Part shown: positions 9,561 to 23,914 of the stretch, in pieces
Layout: every line of letters starts with the position of its first letter
Position numbering within the stretch: position 1 is the stretch's first letter
DNA from: Planctomycetota bacterium
GTDB lineage: Bacteria > Planctomycetota > UBA8108 > UBA1146
Reading direction: 5' to 3'
DNA length: 64,000 nucleotides
Assembly: GCA_018694835.1 (NCBI GenBank)
Contig: JABHOG010000047.1
Location: 34,149 to 98,148 of the forward strand
Position numbers and translations under genes: made by a program
Notes under the pieces: model-generated
Told to the model about the DNA's origin: nothing
Databases searched by the model: none
What the model saw: the letters and a program-made list of their open reading frames with translations, nothing else

Positions 9561-10690
9561 GTGACATTCTCCTCGGCCAGTGTTTTCCAGGACAGCGCCG
9601 GAAACGCATCGTTGCCAGGTGACAAATCGACACCATGACCTGATCTCTGTTCATCCAGGGTAACGGATTCGCCATCGAATTCGATCCCACCGACAAAAGG
9701 ATGCTCCCGGATGAACAGCGGTGTATCGAGATCGATCCAGCGCACCCCACCGAGCCCTCGGGCCAGGTGTGCGGAGAAGGACATCGAGAGCAGTGACTCG
9801 ACCATCCCGCCCATCATCAGCGAAAGTCCTGCGGCGGTGGCAATCTGATGAATTCGGATCGCTTCCAGTACGCCGCACTTCTGCGTCTTGATATTGATGA
9901 CATTGGCCAATCGGTGCTGAACGATACGCATCGCATCGGCAGCGCTCCTGCACGATTCATCGGCGCAGATCGCCACCTGACCGAGGGCGGTCAATCGAGC
10001 CATTCCCGTCTCGTCCTCCTGTGGCACCGGCTGCTCCAGCATGTGGATCGGGATTCCATCGGCGAGAGATTTCTCGATCAGTTGCTGCGCCTCGGCCGCC
10101 TCGTAGCCACCGTTAGCATCGAGTACCAGTCCGCAGTCGGGTGCCGCGCGCGAGATCATCTCGAGCCGCTGCAGATCGTGATCCAAGCCGTCGCGCCCCA
10201 CCTTGATCTTGAGTGTCTTGAATCCAGCGGCGCTCGCTTCTCTGGCAGATCGAGACGCGTGGTCGAGATCTCCCGCGACGATGGTCAGATCAGTGACGAG
10301 GGAAGCGTTGGCTGAGCCGACAAAGCGATGGAGCGAACACTGCTGCTGACGAGTAAATCCATCGAGCGCCGCCATCTCGACGGCGCAGAGGGCGCTCGAG
10401 GAACCAGGAGCCGCCTCGATGGTACTCTGCTGGATCCGATGAGAGAGGAGAGGGTCCAGTCCGATCAGGGCAGGTGCGGCTCTCGCCAGCGCCTCCAGCG
10501 CCGCCGTCCTGGTCTGGCCATCGTAGGCGGGGAAGGGAGCCGCCTCGCCAAGCCCCACCGTCCCATCCGACAATTCCATTCGCACCAATGTCAGATCGAC
10601 TCGACTCGATTCGCCACCTGAGATGACGAATGGCTCCTTCAGTTCAAGATCAAGGGGAGCAGCCTCGATCTTGACGATGCGCCTGCTCAT
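9557..10690 (-). CDS. Enolase-superfamily (mandelate racemase/muconate lactonizing enzyme) protein, likely L-Ala-D/L-Glu dipeptide epimerase
   Basis: KIKVG (KxK catalytic motif), LDANGG, and Asp/Glu metal ligands in the expected order. ATGA overlap with the upstream aminopeptidase gene. Confidence 0.75.
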   Translation of the reverse strand: MSRRIVKIEAAPLDLELKEPFVISGGESSRVDLTLVRMELSDGTVGLGEAAPFPAYDGQTRTAALEALARAAPALIGLDPLLSHRIQQSTIEAAPGSSSALCAVEMAALDGFTRQQQCSLHRFVGSANASLVTDLTIVAGDLDHASRSAREASAAGFKTLKIKVGRDGLDHDLQRLEMISRAAPDCGLVLDANGGYEAAEAQQLIEKSLADGIPIHMLEQPVPQEDETGMARLTALGQVAICADESCRSAADAMRIVQHRLANVINIKTQKCGVLEAIRIHQIATAAGLSLMMGGMVESLLSMSFSAHLARGLGGVRWIDLDTPLFIREHPFVGGIEFDGESVTLDEQRSGHGVDLSPGNDAFPALSWKTLAEENVT

Positions 10691-11928
10691 TGCGATACCC
10701 AGGCCCCGTTCTCCAGCAAAGGCACTTCGTCACCGGAAGTGGTGACCGCGGTCACATTCACCTCCTCGTTGCTGATCATCATGTCGGTATGAGCGGTCGA
10801 AGAATTCCAACCGATCGCCTCCAACTGCTCAGGAGTCATCTCCACTCCACCTTCGAGACAGGTCTTGTAGGCATTGCCTACCGCAACATGACATGCAGCA
10901 TTCTCATCGAGCAGAATTTCGCGGAATACATGGCCGCTCTGAAATACCGGTGAATCGGTTCCCACCAGAGCCACTTCGCCCAGTCGCCTGGCCCCGGGGT
11001 CGCTGTCGATGTAGGCGCGGAAGGTCTCACCACCATTGTCTGCGCTGAAATCGCTCAGAACTCCACCTTTGAACTCGAGATTGAGTCCCTCCACCAGAGT
11101 CCCGTTGACCAGGAAAGGTCTCGTCACCTGTGCCGTGCCCTCGGTCATGCGGTAATCGGGAGTGGTGAAGACCTCTTCAGTGGGAAGATTGGGAATGAAT
11201 TCCTGACCTCTTTGACTGATGGCACCACCGCCTTCGAAGCGAGCGGCTGGCGAGAGTCCAACGGTCAGATCGGTCCCCGGCCCGTTGAACCGCAGCCGTT
11301 CAATCTTCAGTTCATTGAGTGCTTTTCCACGACTCTTGAGCTGTCGATTGTGCTCTTCCCACGCGCCAAGACAATCTTCGCGATCAGCCCGTACGATGGT
11401 CAGGAGTTGTTTCCAGAGTTCGTCCCTGGCAGCCACTCCATCGAGATGATCGAAGATCGATTCCGCCCAGCCGATGGTCGCCGCAGAAGCGACACACCAT
11501 TGCACTGCAGATCTTCCAATTCCATCATCGAAAAAGCGTGTTGCTGCCTTGTGCCCGGCGATACGACAGCGATTGGTTCGATCCGCATCGAGACCAGAAA
11601 GAGCTTCTGGATCGGAAGTACCGACCAGGCGCAACATCGCTCCCTGCTCTTCCACCGCCTCATCAAAGCGGACCGGTAAACTACGGGGAATATGGTCGAG
11701 GAACTCTTCCTGTTGCGAATGCAAGATGCGGGAACGTTGGATACGATCGTCTCCCAGGTCAACATGAACAAATCGTGCCCCCGCCTGGTAGGCCGCCTCC
11801 ACCACCTTGATGGCGAAATCTCTCGATTCAGCGTCCACACCCAGGTAAAGCGATTGCCCCGGCTGAATGTTGCAGCCTTTTCGGATGATCAACTCGGCGT
11901 AACGTTCCAGGGCCACTTCATGGTTCAT
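10687..11928 (-). CDS. M29 family aminopeptidase (aminopeptidase T/AmpS-like)
   Basis: MNHEVALERYAELIIRKGCNIQPGQSLYLG and a length of about 414 aa fit thermophilic-metalloprotease M29. Start set at the ATG at 11928 after GGAGG. The track ORF extends further, but that extension runs through a tRNA gene and was rejected. Confidence 0.8.
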   Translation of the reverse strand: MNHEVALERYAELIIRKGCNIQPGQSLYLGVDAESRDFAIKVVEAAYQAGARFVHVDLGDDRIQRSRILHSQQEEFLDHIPRSLPVRFDEAVEEQGAMLRLVGTSDPEALSGLDADRTNRCRIAGHKAATRFFDDGIGRSAVQWCVASAATIGWAESIFDHLDGVAARDELWKQLLTIVRADREDCLGAWEEHNRQLKSRGKALNELKIERLRFNGPGTDLTVGLSPAARFEGGGAISQRGQEFIPNLPTEEVFTTPDYRMTEGTAQVTRPFLVNGTLVEGLNLEFKGGVLSDFSADNGGETFRAYIDSDPGARRLGEVALVGTDSPVFQSGHVFREILLDENAACHVAVGNAYKTCLEGGVEMTPEQLEAIGWNSSTAHTDMMISNEEVNVTAVTTSGDEVPLLENGAWVSQ

Positions 11929-12053
11929 TGGGAGACCTCCGCTTTCAGGATTCAGAAAAGGTAACCGATGGTCTGCCCCAGCGGGAGGCTGCAGAAGACA
12001 ACGGACCAGGATGGGAAGCAGCCGTGCAGCATTGCTGCACGGCCGAAGATTTC

Positions 12054-12130
12054 TGGTCGGGGTGAGAGGATTTGAACCTCCGGCCTCCACGTCCCGAACG
12101 TGGCGCTCTACCAAACTGAGCCACACCCCG
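12054..12130 (-). tRNA. tRNA-Pro (anticodon CGG), 3'-CCA encoded
   Basis: Read on the minus strand: 7-bp acceptor CGGGGTG/CACCCCG, D-arm GCTCAGTTTGGTAGAGC, anticodon stem CCACG/CGTGG with loop TTCGGGA, T-arm GGTTCAAATCC. Discriminator A followed by CCA. Confidence 0.85.
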
Positions 12131-12339
12131 ATTTGTTCATCACTGTTGGTCTCGCAACATCGGTGCCCTCGGCGGCCGATGATCGGACTGGTCAGGAAGG
12201 ATACAGGGTGGTCACGAAAGGGTCAATCTGACCGTGAACTATGGCGAAGCGGAGAAAATCGCTCCCGCTCGCAGTCCCGATCGCAGGCCCACGCGATGTC
12301 CCCGGAACCTCGTCCATCGTCGAGAAAAACCGCTCGAGA

Positions 12340-13644
12340 TCAGGGATTACAGCCGTAGCCATTGGCCTGGTCCGGATCGAGCCCCGCTTCTGGAAATGGT
12401 GTCATCGGCATCGGACCACTTCGGAAGAGGTACGTGACGACGTAGATCGGATCGGCCAGGTCGATCAAACCGTCACCATTGACCTCGGCCGCTTCCAGGC
12501 ATGCCGGTGCGTCTCCGCCAGAAAAGAGGTAATAGGACAGGTACATCGCATCCCCGATGTCGAGCTGACTATCGCCATTGACCACTCCACGGATAAATCC
12601 GTAGGTAAAGGCTCCCGGCAAGGTGGCTTCGCCCAGCGAATTGGCGACACGAACATCGACCGACCCCACTCCATTGATCGATGACGGCAATAGGCCCGTC
12701 ACCGTGTTGTCGTCGACCACGACCAGGCCCAGAAGAGCCACGCCGTCGATGGTGACCTCGGTATCGGACGCCGCGAGAAATCCAGATCCTGTCACCTGTA
12801 CATCGACTCCACCCAGGTAGTGCCCGACTGTCGGAGTGACCCCTTCGGCGGTGACCGGGATGATCGAGGTGTTACAGATGGCGCTGACCACTTCAGGGTT
12901 ACTGACAGGATCGGGAAAGACCACACCCAGCAGAGAGTAAGTGTAGGAACCCGGTGCCAGATCCGCATCGACATACTCGGTTACTCCCGGATCCAGCATG
13001 GCGATCAGATCGCCATCTCGGTGGACCAGTACATAGTCAAAAGGAGTGCATTCGCTCCAGCTGAGGATCGAATCGGAGACTCCACCCTGGCACACCAGGT
13101 CGAGACAGAAGTCCGGTGGCGGAATGATCTGGATGTTAGCGGGCGTCTGATCCGGGGTCAGGCTAGCCCCTCCCGATACGATCACCACATCGACTGCAGG
13201 AGATCCAAGGGTGCCACAGAAAGCGACCTCGGCATCGATGGGCAAGCCCCCGGCAGTGGCCACTCCGGTCAACAGGTAATCGATATCGAGCAGTCCATAA
13301 CCGGTTCCCGGGTCGAGCGAGGCGCTGCCGACGAAGGAGATCACCACTCCAACCGTCAATCCTTCGGGATAGATATTCATCTCGTTGAAGTCTGGAGCGC
13401 CGCCACCATTGATGATGGCGGTGGTGGGACCGTCTTGAGCGGCGGTCAATTCGAGGTTGTCAGTATCGTGACACACCCCCATCGACCACCCCTGTACCAC
13501 GACACTGGAGTCGAGCAGCAGATGCGATTGAATCGCCTCGCCGGTGACACCCGACCCTCCGGTCAAGGAAACTGCGGTCTCTTGCGCACAGATCGATGTG
13601 GCCATGGCCAAACAAAGCAGTGTCACCAAATAATTGAATTTCAT
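12340..13644 (-). CDS. Secreted protein with IPT/TIG-like Ig domain and C-terminal type-I dockerin-like tandem Ca-binding repeats
   Basis: Signal peptide MKFNYLVTLLCLAMATSICA. Two C-terminal repeats, VNGDSQLDIGDAMYLSYYLF and VNGDGLIDLADPIYVVTYLF, fit dockerin (DxNxDGxID...LL.YLL). The same module ends both FG-GAP proteins at 50-53 kb. Confidence 0.7.
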   Translation of the reverse strand: MKFNYLVTLLCLAMATSICAQETAVSLTGGSGVTGEAIQSHLLLDSSVVVQGWSMGVCHDTDNLELTAAQDGPTTAIINGGGAPDFNEMNIYPEGLTVGVVISFVGSASLDPGTGYGLLDIDYLLTGVATAGGLPIDAEVAFCGTLGSPAVDVVIVSGGASLTPDQTPANIQIIPPPDFCLDLVCQGGVSDSILSWSECTPFDYVLVHRDGDLIAMLDPGVTEYVDADLAPGSYTYSLLGVVFPDPVSNPEVVSAICNTSIIPVTAEGVTPTVGHYLGGVDVQVTGSGFLAASDTEVTIDGVALLGLVVVDDNTVTGLLPSSINGVGSVDVRVANSLGEATLPGAFTYGFIRGVVNGDSQLDIGDAMYLSYYLFSGGDAPACLEAAEVNGDGLIDLADPIYVVTYLFRSGPMPMTPFPEAGLDPDQANGYGCNP

Positions 13645-13829
13645 CTCATCACCCTCCCAAGGCCGATCGATAGGTTCGGCCGATCCACTGGAACTCTCAC
13701 CCAGGCGGGGTCTTCTTCATCCATCAACATTACTCAGTGCCCGGGCCAAGTCAATCCTGTGGGCAGCGCATCGTCCTCAAGGGGTCCAGAACACAAGATA
13801 GTCAGATTTCTGCAAGGGTCCGAGGCCGG

Positions 13830-14678
13830 TCAACTCCAGTGATGGAAGCCTTGCCCGGTTTTCTTGCCCAGATGCCCCTCGGCGACCAGTTGTCGCAGCA
13901 GTTCTGGAGGGCGGAATTGCTCGCCAATTTCCTGGTGTAGATATTCAGCGATGGCGAGGCGCACATCGAGTCCCACCAGATCCGTCAACCGCAACGGTCC
14001 CATCGGATGGCGGTACCCCAATTCCATCGCCTTGTCGATCTCCTCGGCAGAAGCGACCCCTGCTTCCAGCATACGGATCGCTTCGAGCCCGATCACCAAC
14101 CCCAACCGGCTAGTCGCGAATCCGGGGGAGTCTTGCACCACGATCGGTTCCTTCCCCAGGGCCACCGCCAGTGACACGGCCGCTTCGACCGTCGACTCAC
14201 TACTGGCCGCACCACGAACCACCTCGACCAGTGCCATGATCGGCACTGGATTGAAAAAGTGCATTCCGACGAAGCGCTGTGGATGCTGGAGACTGGAAGC
14301 CAAATCGGTGATCGGCAGGGAGGATGTGTTGGTGGCGAGGATGGCATCGGAGCTCACCACCTGCTCTACCCGAGCAAAGATAGTCGCCTTCAAATCGAGC
14401 AGTTCCGGCACCGCTTCGATCACGAAATCACTCTCCTGACACGCTTCTTCGATGTCGGTCGAGGTGGTCAAGCATCGGCGAAACTGATCGCGCGCCGAGG
14501 CGGGAGTCTTGCCCTTCTCGATCCCCTTCTCGACACTCGCCTCGATCCGCTCACTGGCGTCAGCCAGCGCCTCGGCAGAGACATCGCAGAGTCTTGTGGA
14601 GATGCCGTGAATCGAGGTGACCTGGGCGATCCCCTGCCCCATCGTTCCAGCTCCGATCACGGTGATCTGGCGTACCAT
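13830..14678 (-). CDS. hbd: 3-hydroxyacyl-CoA (3-hydroxybutyryl-CoA) dehydrogenase
   Basis: N-terminal Rossmann motif ITVIGAGTMGQGIA and HFFNPVPIM, typical of the Hbd/FadB C-domain family. ATG at 14678. The 41-codon upstream extension in the track has no support. Confidence 0.85.
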   Translation of the reverse strand: MVRQITVIGAGTMGQGIAQVTSIHGISTRLCDVSAEALADASERIEASVEKGIEKGKTPASARDQFRRCLTTSTDIEEACQESDFVIEAVPELLDLKATIFARVEQVVSSDAILATNTSSLPITDLASSLQHPQRFVGMHFFNPVPIMALVEVVRGAASSESTVEAAVSLAVALGKEPIVVQDSPGFATSRLGLVIGLEAIRMLEAGVASAEEIDKAMELGYRHPMGPLRLTDLVGLDVRLAIAEYLHQEIGEQFRPPELLRQLVAEGHLGKKTGQGFHHWS

Positions 14679-14842
14679 CGACAACCCTTTCCATTTGAAT
14701 ATCTTCGGCCACACTACTGGCCATCGAGAGGCTGAGCCTTGAGACGTGCGGTTGCCTCGAACCACCAGAGATGCGACCCTCCCGACCAGAGCAGGATACA
14801 CGACAGTTCCTCAACACTGGAGCAGATCCGGACGGAGCCCCG

Positions 14843-15661
14843 ATGACCAGAAATGACCAGGAACCCCTTTCTCCCCACGACTCGCTGGTCACGGTGGAGC
14901 AGCAGGGGCCGGTTCGATACCTGACCCTCAGTCAGCCCCCCGCCAACTGCTATTCTCACGAGATGATGAAGCAGTTGGATCAGGCGGTGATCGACGCACG
15001 ATTTTCCCCGGAAACACATGTCATCGTGTTGCGAGGTGCAGGAGACCGATTCTTCTGTGCCGGCGCTGACATCGGGATGCTGGAACAGGTGACACCCGAG
15101 TGGAAATACCACTTCTGTCTCCACGCCAACGAAACGCTTTTACGGCTCGAGCAAACGCCCAAGCTGGTCATCGCTCAGATCCAAGGCCACTGTGTCGGGG
15201 GAGGGCTCGAAGTGGCACTCGCCTGTGATCTGCGCATCGGTTGCGCAGGATCGGGCAAGGTCGGGGTTCCCGAGGTCCAGTTAGGCGTCCTGCCAGGAAC
15301 CGGAGGGACCCAGCGTCTGGCCCGAACCATCGGGAAATCGAAAGCGATGCAGTGGTGTATCGATGGCCGGATGATGGAGATCGACGACGCCGTGGAAGCC
15401 GGTCTCATCGACCGGATCCTCCCGGCAGAGGATTTCCAGTCTGCGATCCATCAGATCGCCTGCAGTTACTGTCCACCTCAACGGGCAAGCCTCGCCGTAG
15501 GACTGATCAAGAGGAGCATCCAGAGTGGCCTCGAGATGGGTCTCCATGAGGGGCTCGCACTGGAAAGAGAACTGCAACAGCGTCTGTTCGCCAGCGAAGA
15601 CGCCAGCGAAGGGATCGCCGCCCACCAGCAGAAGCGTCCTGCAGAATTCAAGGGTCGTTAA
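14843..15661 (+). CDS. Enoyl-CoA hydratase/isomerase (crotonase) family protein
   Basis: Crotonase fold markers: LRGAGDRFFCAGADI, VIAQIQGHCVGGGLEVALACDLRI, PEVQLGVLPGTGGTQRL. Confidence 0.8.
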   Translation: MTRNDQEPLSPHDSLVTVEQQGPVRYLTLSQPPANCYSHEMMKQLDQAVIDARFSPETHVIVLRGAGDRFFCAGADIGMLEQVTPEWKYHFCLHANETLLRLEQTPKLVIAQIQGHCVGGGLEVALACDLRIGCAGSGKVGVPEVQLGVLPGTGGTQRLARTIGKSKAMQWCIDGRMMEIDDAVEAGLIDRILPAEDFQSAIHQIACSYCPPQRASLAVGLIKRSIQSGLEMGLHEGLALERELQQRLFASEDASEGIAAHQQKRPAEFKGR

Positions 15662-15676
15662 AGAGGGAGAAAATCA

Positions 15677-16480
15677 GTGCCAGTCGTTGTCGAGACTCAA
15701 TCGCAAGGTGAACTGATGGTGAGCACCGTCACCCTCGATTCTCCCCCACTCAATGTGCTCGATCTTCAGATGTGTCGAGATCTCAATGAATCACTACAAT
15801 TGATCCGCAACGATGACATCGCCCGCGTCGTGGTCATCCGCGGGGCCCACCAGGAGTTTTGCAGCGGAACCGACATTTCTCAGCACACTCCAGATCAGAT
15901 GCCAGCGCTGCTTCCCGCATTTCATGACTGCCTCCGGCGAATCTACCAACTCGATGCCATCGTCATCGCCGCCATCGAAGGGCGCTGTCTCGGAGGTGGC
16001 CTGGAACTGGCTCTGGCCTGTGATCGGATCCTGGCGGAGCGATCGAGCCTGCTCGGATTTCCTGAAATCCATCTGGGCTGCTATCCCCCCGCAGGAATCG
16101 TGCAACTGCTAGAACGCCGTTGTTATGGTCAAGCGGTGCGGATGGTGCTCTCGGGTCAGGCGGCCACGGCGGATTCGATGGCCCGGTCGCAAATCGTCGA
16201 TGAGGTCGCCGATGATGGCTCTCTCGACCGCGCCATCGAGACCGAGATCGCTGGCTACACCAGCATCAGTCCAGCGATCCTGGCCATCACGATTCGGCAA
16301 CTTCACCGAGTCGGTCGAAAACGCCTCGCCACCGAATTACTCGAGATCGAACGAGACTACCTGTCCGAGGTGCTGCCTCATCCCGACTCGACCGAGGGAG
16401 TAGAGGCGTTTCTCGCCAAACGGGAACCTCGTTGGGCCAAACGTCCTGGCCTGGTCGGCCGCGACGACGTGGCGCTGTAG
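15677..16480 (+). CDS. Enoyl-CoA hydratase/isomerase family protein (divergent paralog)
   Basis: VIAAIEGRCLGGGLELALACDRILA and FPEIHLGCYPPAG. GTG start after GGGAGA, 16 bp after the previous crotonase. Confidence 0.75.
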   Translation: MPVVVETQSQGELMVSTVTLDSPPLNVLDLQMCRDLNESLQLIRNDDIARVVVIRGAHQEFCSGTDISQHTPDQMPALLPAFHDCLRRIYQLDAIVIAAIEGRCLGGGLELALACDRILAERSSLLGFPEIHLGCYPPAGIVQLLERRCYGQAVRMVLSGQAATADSMARSQIVDEVADDGSLDRAIETEIAGYTSISPAILAITIRQLHRVGRKRLATELLEIERDYLSEVLPHPDSTEGVEAFLAKREPRWAKRPGLVGRDDVAL

Positions 16481-16491
16481 GAAGAAGGATC

Positions 16492-17532
16492 ATGACGATG
16501 CACTGCGCACAGGTCCGAGAACATGGAGATCTCGATCACCTGTTGCTCGAACAGGTACCGATCGAACAGCCCGCGAGTGGTGAGGTCCGAGTACGCCTGC
16601 GCGCATCGGCACTCAATCACCTTGATCTGTGGGTACGGAAGGGAGTCGCTGGCCATCGGTTCCCACTGCCACTGATTCCAGGTTGCGATGGCGCCGGAGT
16701 CGTCGAAGCGGTCGGAGAAGGAGCCGAGCAGAAATGGCTTGGCCGAGATGTGGTGCTGATCCCGGGACTCTCCTGCGGCCTCTGTGTCCGTTGCCGTGAC
16801 GGCGATGACATGCTGTGCCCCGAATACGGAATCCTCGGCGAAACTCGGAATGGTACCTGTGCCGAGACCATCGTCGTGCCTGAACGACAACTGCTCGATC
16901 GTCCCGAGGGGATCTCATGGGAACAGGCCGCCGCATTGCCGTTGTCGGCTCTGACGGCATGGTCGATGCTTCGCAAGGCGAGACTGACAGCGGGCGATAC
17001 GTTGCTGGTGATCGCCGCCGGCAGTGGAGTCGGAACGATGGCGATCCAACTGGGCCGACTGCTGGGAGCTCGCATCATCGCCACCGGCAGCAGCGCAGCC
17101 AAGCGGCAACTGGCCGAGAAACTGGGGGCCTCCCACAGCGTCGATCCGGCCGATCCAAAGTGGTGGAAAGAGGTCATCCGTTTGAGTGACGGGAACGGCG
17201 CCGATGTGATCTTCGAAAATGTCGGGCAATCGACATTTGAAGGCAGCCTCAGAGCTCTGGCCCGTGGCGGCCGTCTCGTCACCTGTGGTGCCACATCGGG
17301 ATCACAGGTGACGGTGGAACTGAATCGTCTCTTCTTCAAAAACCAGCAGATCATCGGATCCACGATGGGCAGACGTGAGGATTTAACTCGCCTGCTGAAG
17401 TTGCAACAGCAGGGTAAGATCCAACCAGTCATCGATTCGACCTTCCCACTGCAGCAGATTCACTCCGCTCATCAACGGATGGAATCTCGCGAATCGTGTG
17501 GCAAGATCGTCATCACACCGTGGAAGGAATGA
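16492..17532 (+). CDS. Zinc-dependent medium-chain dehydrogenase/reductase (ADH / quinone oxidoreductase type)
   Basis: Structural Zn site CGLCVRCRDGDDMLC, catalytic-region GCDGAG, cofactor-binding AAGSGVGTMAIQLG. ATG at 16492 after AAGGA. Confidence 0.8.
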   Translation: MTMHCAQVREHGDLDHLLLEQVPIEQPASGEVRVRLRASALNHLDLWVRKGVAGHRFPLPLIPGCDGAGVVEAVGEGAEQKWLGRDVVLIPGLSCGLCVRCRDGDDMLCPEYGILGETRNGTCAETIVVPERQLLDRPEGISWEQAAALPLSALTAWSMLRKARLTAGDTLLVIAAGSGVGTMAIQLGRLLGARIIATGSSAAKRQLAEKLGASHSVDPADPKWWKEVIRLSDGNGADVIFENVGQSTFEGSLRALARGGRLVTCGATSGSQVTVELNRLFFKNQQIIGSTMGRREDLTRLLKLQQQGKIQPVIDSTFPLQQIHSAHQRMESRESCGKIVITPWKE

Positions 17533-17535
17533 TCG

Positions 17536-18306
17536 ATGAATGAACAGCCCAGAGTCCTGATCGACACCGACGAAGAGATCGACGGCCTGGTCATCCTGAC
17601 CCTGAACCGTCCAGACAAGAAAAATGCCCTCGACCAGCAGATGGTCGATGCCCTCCATCAGGCACTGGAACCGCTCGAAACCGACCCCACGGTCCGCTGC
17701 CTCATCTTTCGAGGAGCCGGAGATTCATTCGTCGCGGGGGCTGACATCGCACAACTGCGTGAACGGCGCGCCGCCGATGCTCTCGAGGGAGTCAATCAGC
17801 AGATTTTCCGCCGCATCGCCGAGTTCCCCACCCCGACCATCGCTGCGGTCCAGGGCTGGGCACTGGGTGGAGGTTGCGAACTGGCGATCGCCTGCGACCT
17901 TCGCGTCTGCTCCGAGAATGCCAGGTTTGGACAACCAGAGGTGGGCCTGGGCATCATTCCGGCGGCAGGAGGAACCCATCGCCTGGCTCGACTGATCGGC
18001 CTCGGCCATGCCCGAGAGTTGATCTTCACCGGTCAGATCATCGATGCAGAGCAGGCGCAGCGGTGGGGTCTGGTCAATCGAGTCGCCCCGCAGGACCAAT
18101 GGTTCGAAGAGGCGAGGAAACTGGGCCGGAAAATCTGTAAGAATGCCGCTGGTGCGGTTCGACTGGCCAAGAGCGCGGTCAATCAAGCGGCGGATCTGGA
18201 CGAAGCGGAACGAGACCAGCTGGAGTGTCGCTACCAGGCGATCTGTTTCGATTCCACCGAGAAGATGGAGCGGATGACTGCATTCCTCGAAAAGAAAAAG
18301 AAATAG
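17536..18306 (+). CDS. Enoyl-CoA hydratase (crotonase)
   Basis: FRGAGDSFVAGADI, AAVQGWALGGGCELAIACDLRV, PEVGLGIIPAAGGTHRL. Starts 4 nt after the ADH stop. Confidence 0.85.
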   Translation: MNEQPRVLIDTDEEIDGLVILTLNRPDKKNALDQQMVDALHQALEPLETDPTVRCLIFRGAGDSFVAGADIAQLRERRAADALEGVNQQIFRRIAEFPTPTIAAVQGWALGGGCELAIACDLRVCSENARFGQPEVGLGIIPAAGGTHRLARLIGLGHARELIFTGQIIDAEQAQRWGLVNRVAPQDQWFEEARKLGRKICKNAAGAVRLAKSAVNQAADLDEAERDQLECRYQAICFDSTEKMERMTAFLEKKKK

Positions 18307-18447
18307 AGCTTACGAAGTCACGGTCGGAAGACGCACGACGCCCCTGACCGAATCCATCTTTCATCGAATGGTTCGAGTGGCACCAGTAAACAGCTTCAAT
18401 GGACTGTTCCAGTGGCCAACCTCGGAGTAGATCCAAGCCGGGTAGCC

Positions 18448-18488
18448 ATAAAAAAAACGGGCTGCCACGTCCGAAGACGCGACAACCC
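18448..18488 (-). terminator. Intrinsic terminator of the rRNA operon
   Basis: On the minus strand, just 3' of the 5S gene: a long GC-rich hairpin (CGGGTTGTCGCGTC-TTCG-GACGTGGCAGCCCG) followed by T8. Confidence 0.6.
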
Positions 18489-18500
18489 GCAAATTCAAAA

Positions 18501-18611
18501 CTGGGCAACGACCTACTCTCGCGGTTTAACCCACTACCATCGGCGTAGAGAACTTAACTACCGTGTTCGGAATGGGAACGGGTGTGACCCCTCCACTATG
18601 GTCACCCAGAA
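18501..18611 (-). rRNA. rrf: 5S ribosomal RNA
   Basis: The minus-strand sequence ...CCCGTTCCCATTCCGAACACGGTAGTTAAG...GAGAGTAGGTCGTTGCCCAG matches conserved 5S loop and helix motifs. The terminal helix pairs CTGGGTGAC with GTTGCCCAG. Ends are approximate (+/- 5 nt). Confidence 0.85.
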
Positions 18612-18786
18612 ATTCTACTCGTGAAGTTGTCGGCTCCGTAAAAACGAATCCGCAACAACACGTAGCGTGATTTTAAATTGGTGGTTGGCCTCAAATATGA
18701 TTGACATGATTCGATATGACTCTGCTCGAGCGTACATTCTCACTCTCTGAATCGAGTAGATGCCCGTGCTCGTGCAAAAGAGAAAT

Positions 18787-21746
<2,960 letters not shown>

Positions 21747-21953
21747 ACTATTTCTCGTTTGCACCGCATTCCCATTACACCACACCCAGATGAAGCCGGG
21801 CCATGACGCAATCGAACGGCGCGCACGGGTCTCCTGTGATCCGGAGATTGCTTATGCGCTCTCGAGTTTTGTCAAATCAAATTAAAATTGCAGAGCATGT
21901 CGCTCATATTTCATTATTGACCAACCACCGAATTTTCAAAGATCGATCACGAA

Positions 21954-22026
21954 TGGAGATGAGGGGGATCGAACCCCTAACCTCTGCCTTGCAAAGGCAG
22001 CGCTCTCCCGATTGAGCTACATCCCC
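21954..22026 (-). tRNA. tRNA-Ala (anticodon TGC) in 16S-23S spacer
   Basis: GGGGATGTAGCTCAATCGGGAGAGCGCTGCCTTTGCAAGGCAGAGGTTAGGGGTTCGATCCCCCTCATCTCCA. The G3:U70 alanine identity pair is present. No CCA encoded. Confidence 0.9.
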
Positions 22027-22099
22027 TCACTAGCAGGTTACAAATCACGTCATGAGAGGTTCTGCCAGGCAGTTCCTCGTCACAAAGGGGTCGAATGAA

Positions 22100-22173
22100 T
22101 GGGCTTAGGTGGATTCGAACCACCGACCTCATCCTTATCAGGGATGCGCTCTAACCAGCTGAGCTATAAGCCC
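22100..22173 (-). tRNA. tRNA-Ile (anticodon GAT) in 16S-23S spacer
   Basis: GGGCTTATAGCTCAGCTGGTTAGAGCGCATCCCTGATAAGGATGAGGTCGGTGGTTCGAATCCACCTAAGCCCA. No CCA encoded. Confidence 0.9.
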
Positions 22174-22303
22174 CTGGTTTCACACGACAGACGTCCTGAG
22201 TGGACCCGTGAGTTGTAACCGGATCTAAAATTGGGCCCGCAACTGAAAGAAAGTCCCCAAGCGTTCCACTAGATGGTCACCCATCGCAGTGGTCCAAGTT
22301 ATC

Positions 22304-23850
<1,547 letters not shown>

Positions 23851-23914
23851 ATTCTGGCATACCGACAGTTTATTCAACTCACCCGCACTAAGGCGAGATC
23901 GAAGAACACCCAGC

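Noticed and set aside
11929-12126. 66-codon N-terminal extension of the aminopeptidase ORF
   Set aside because: It runs through the tRNA-Pro gene (12054-12130). An ATG with GGAGG at 11928 gives the canonical M29 N-terminus.
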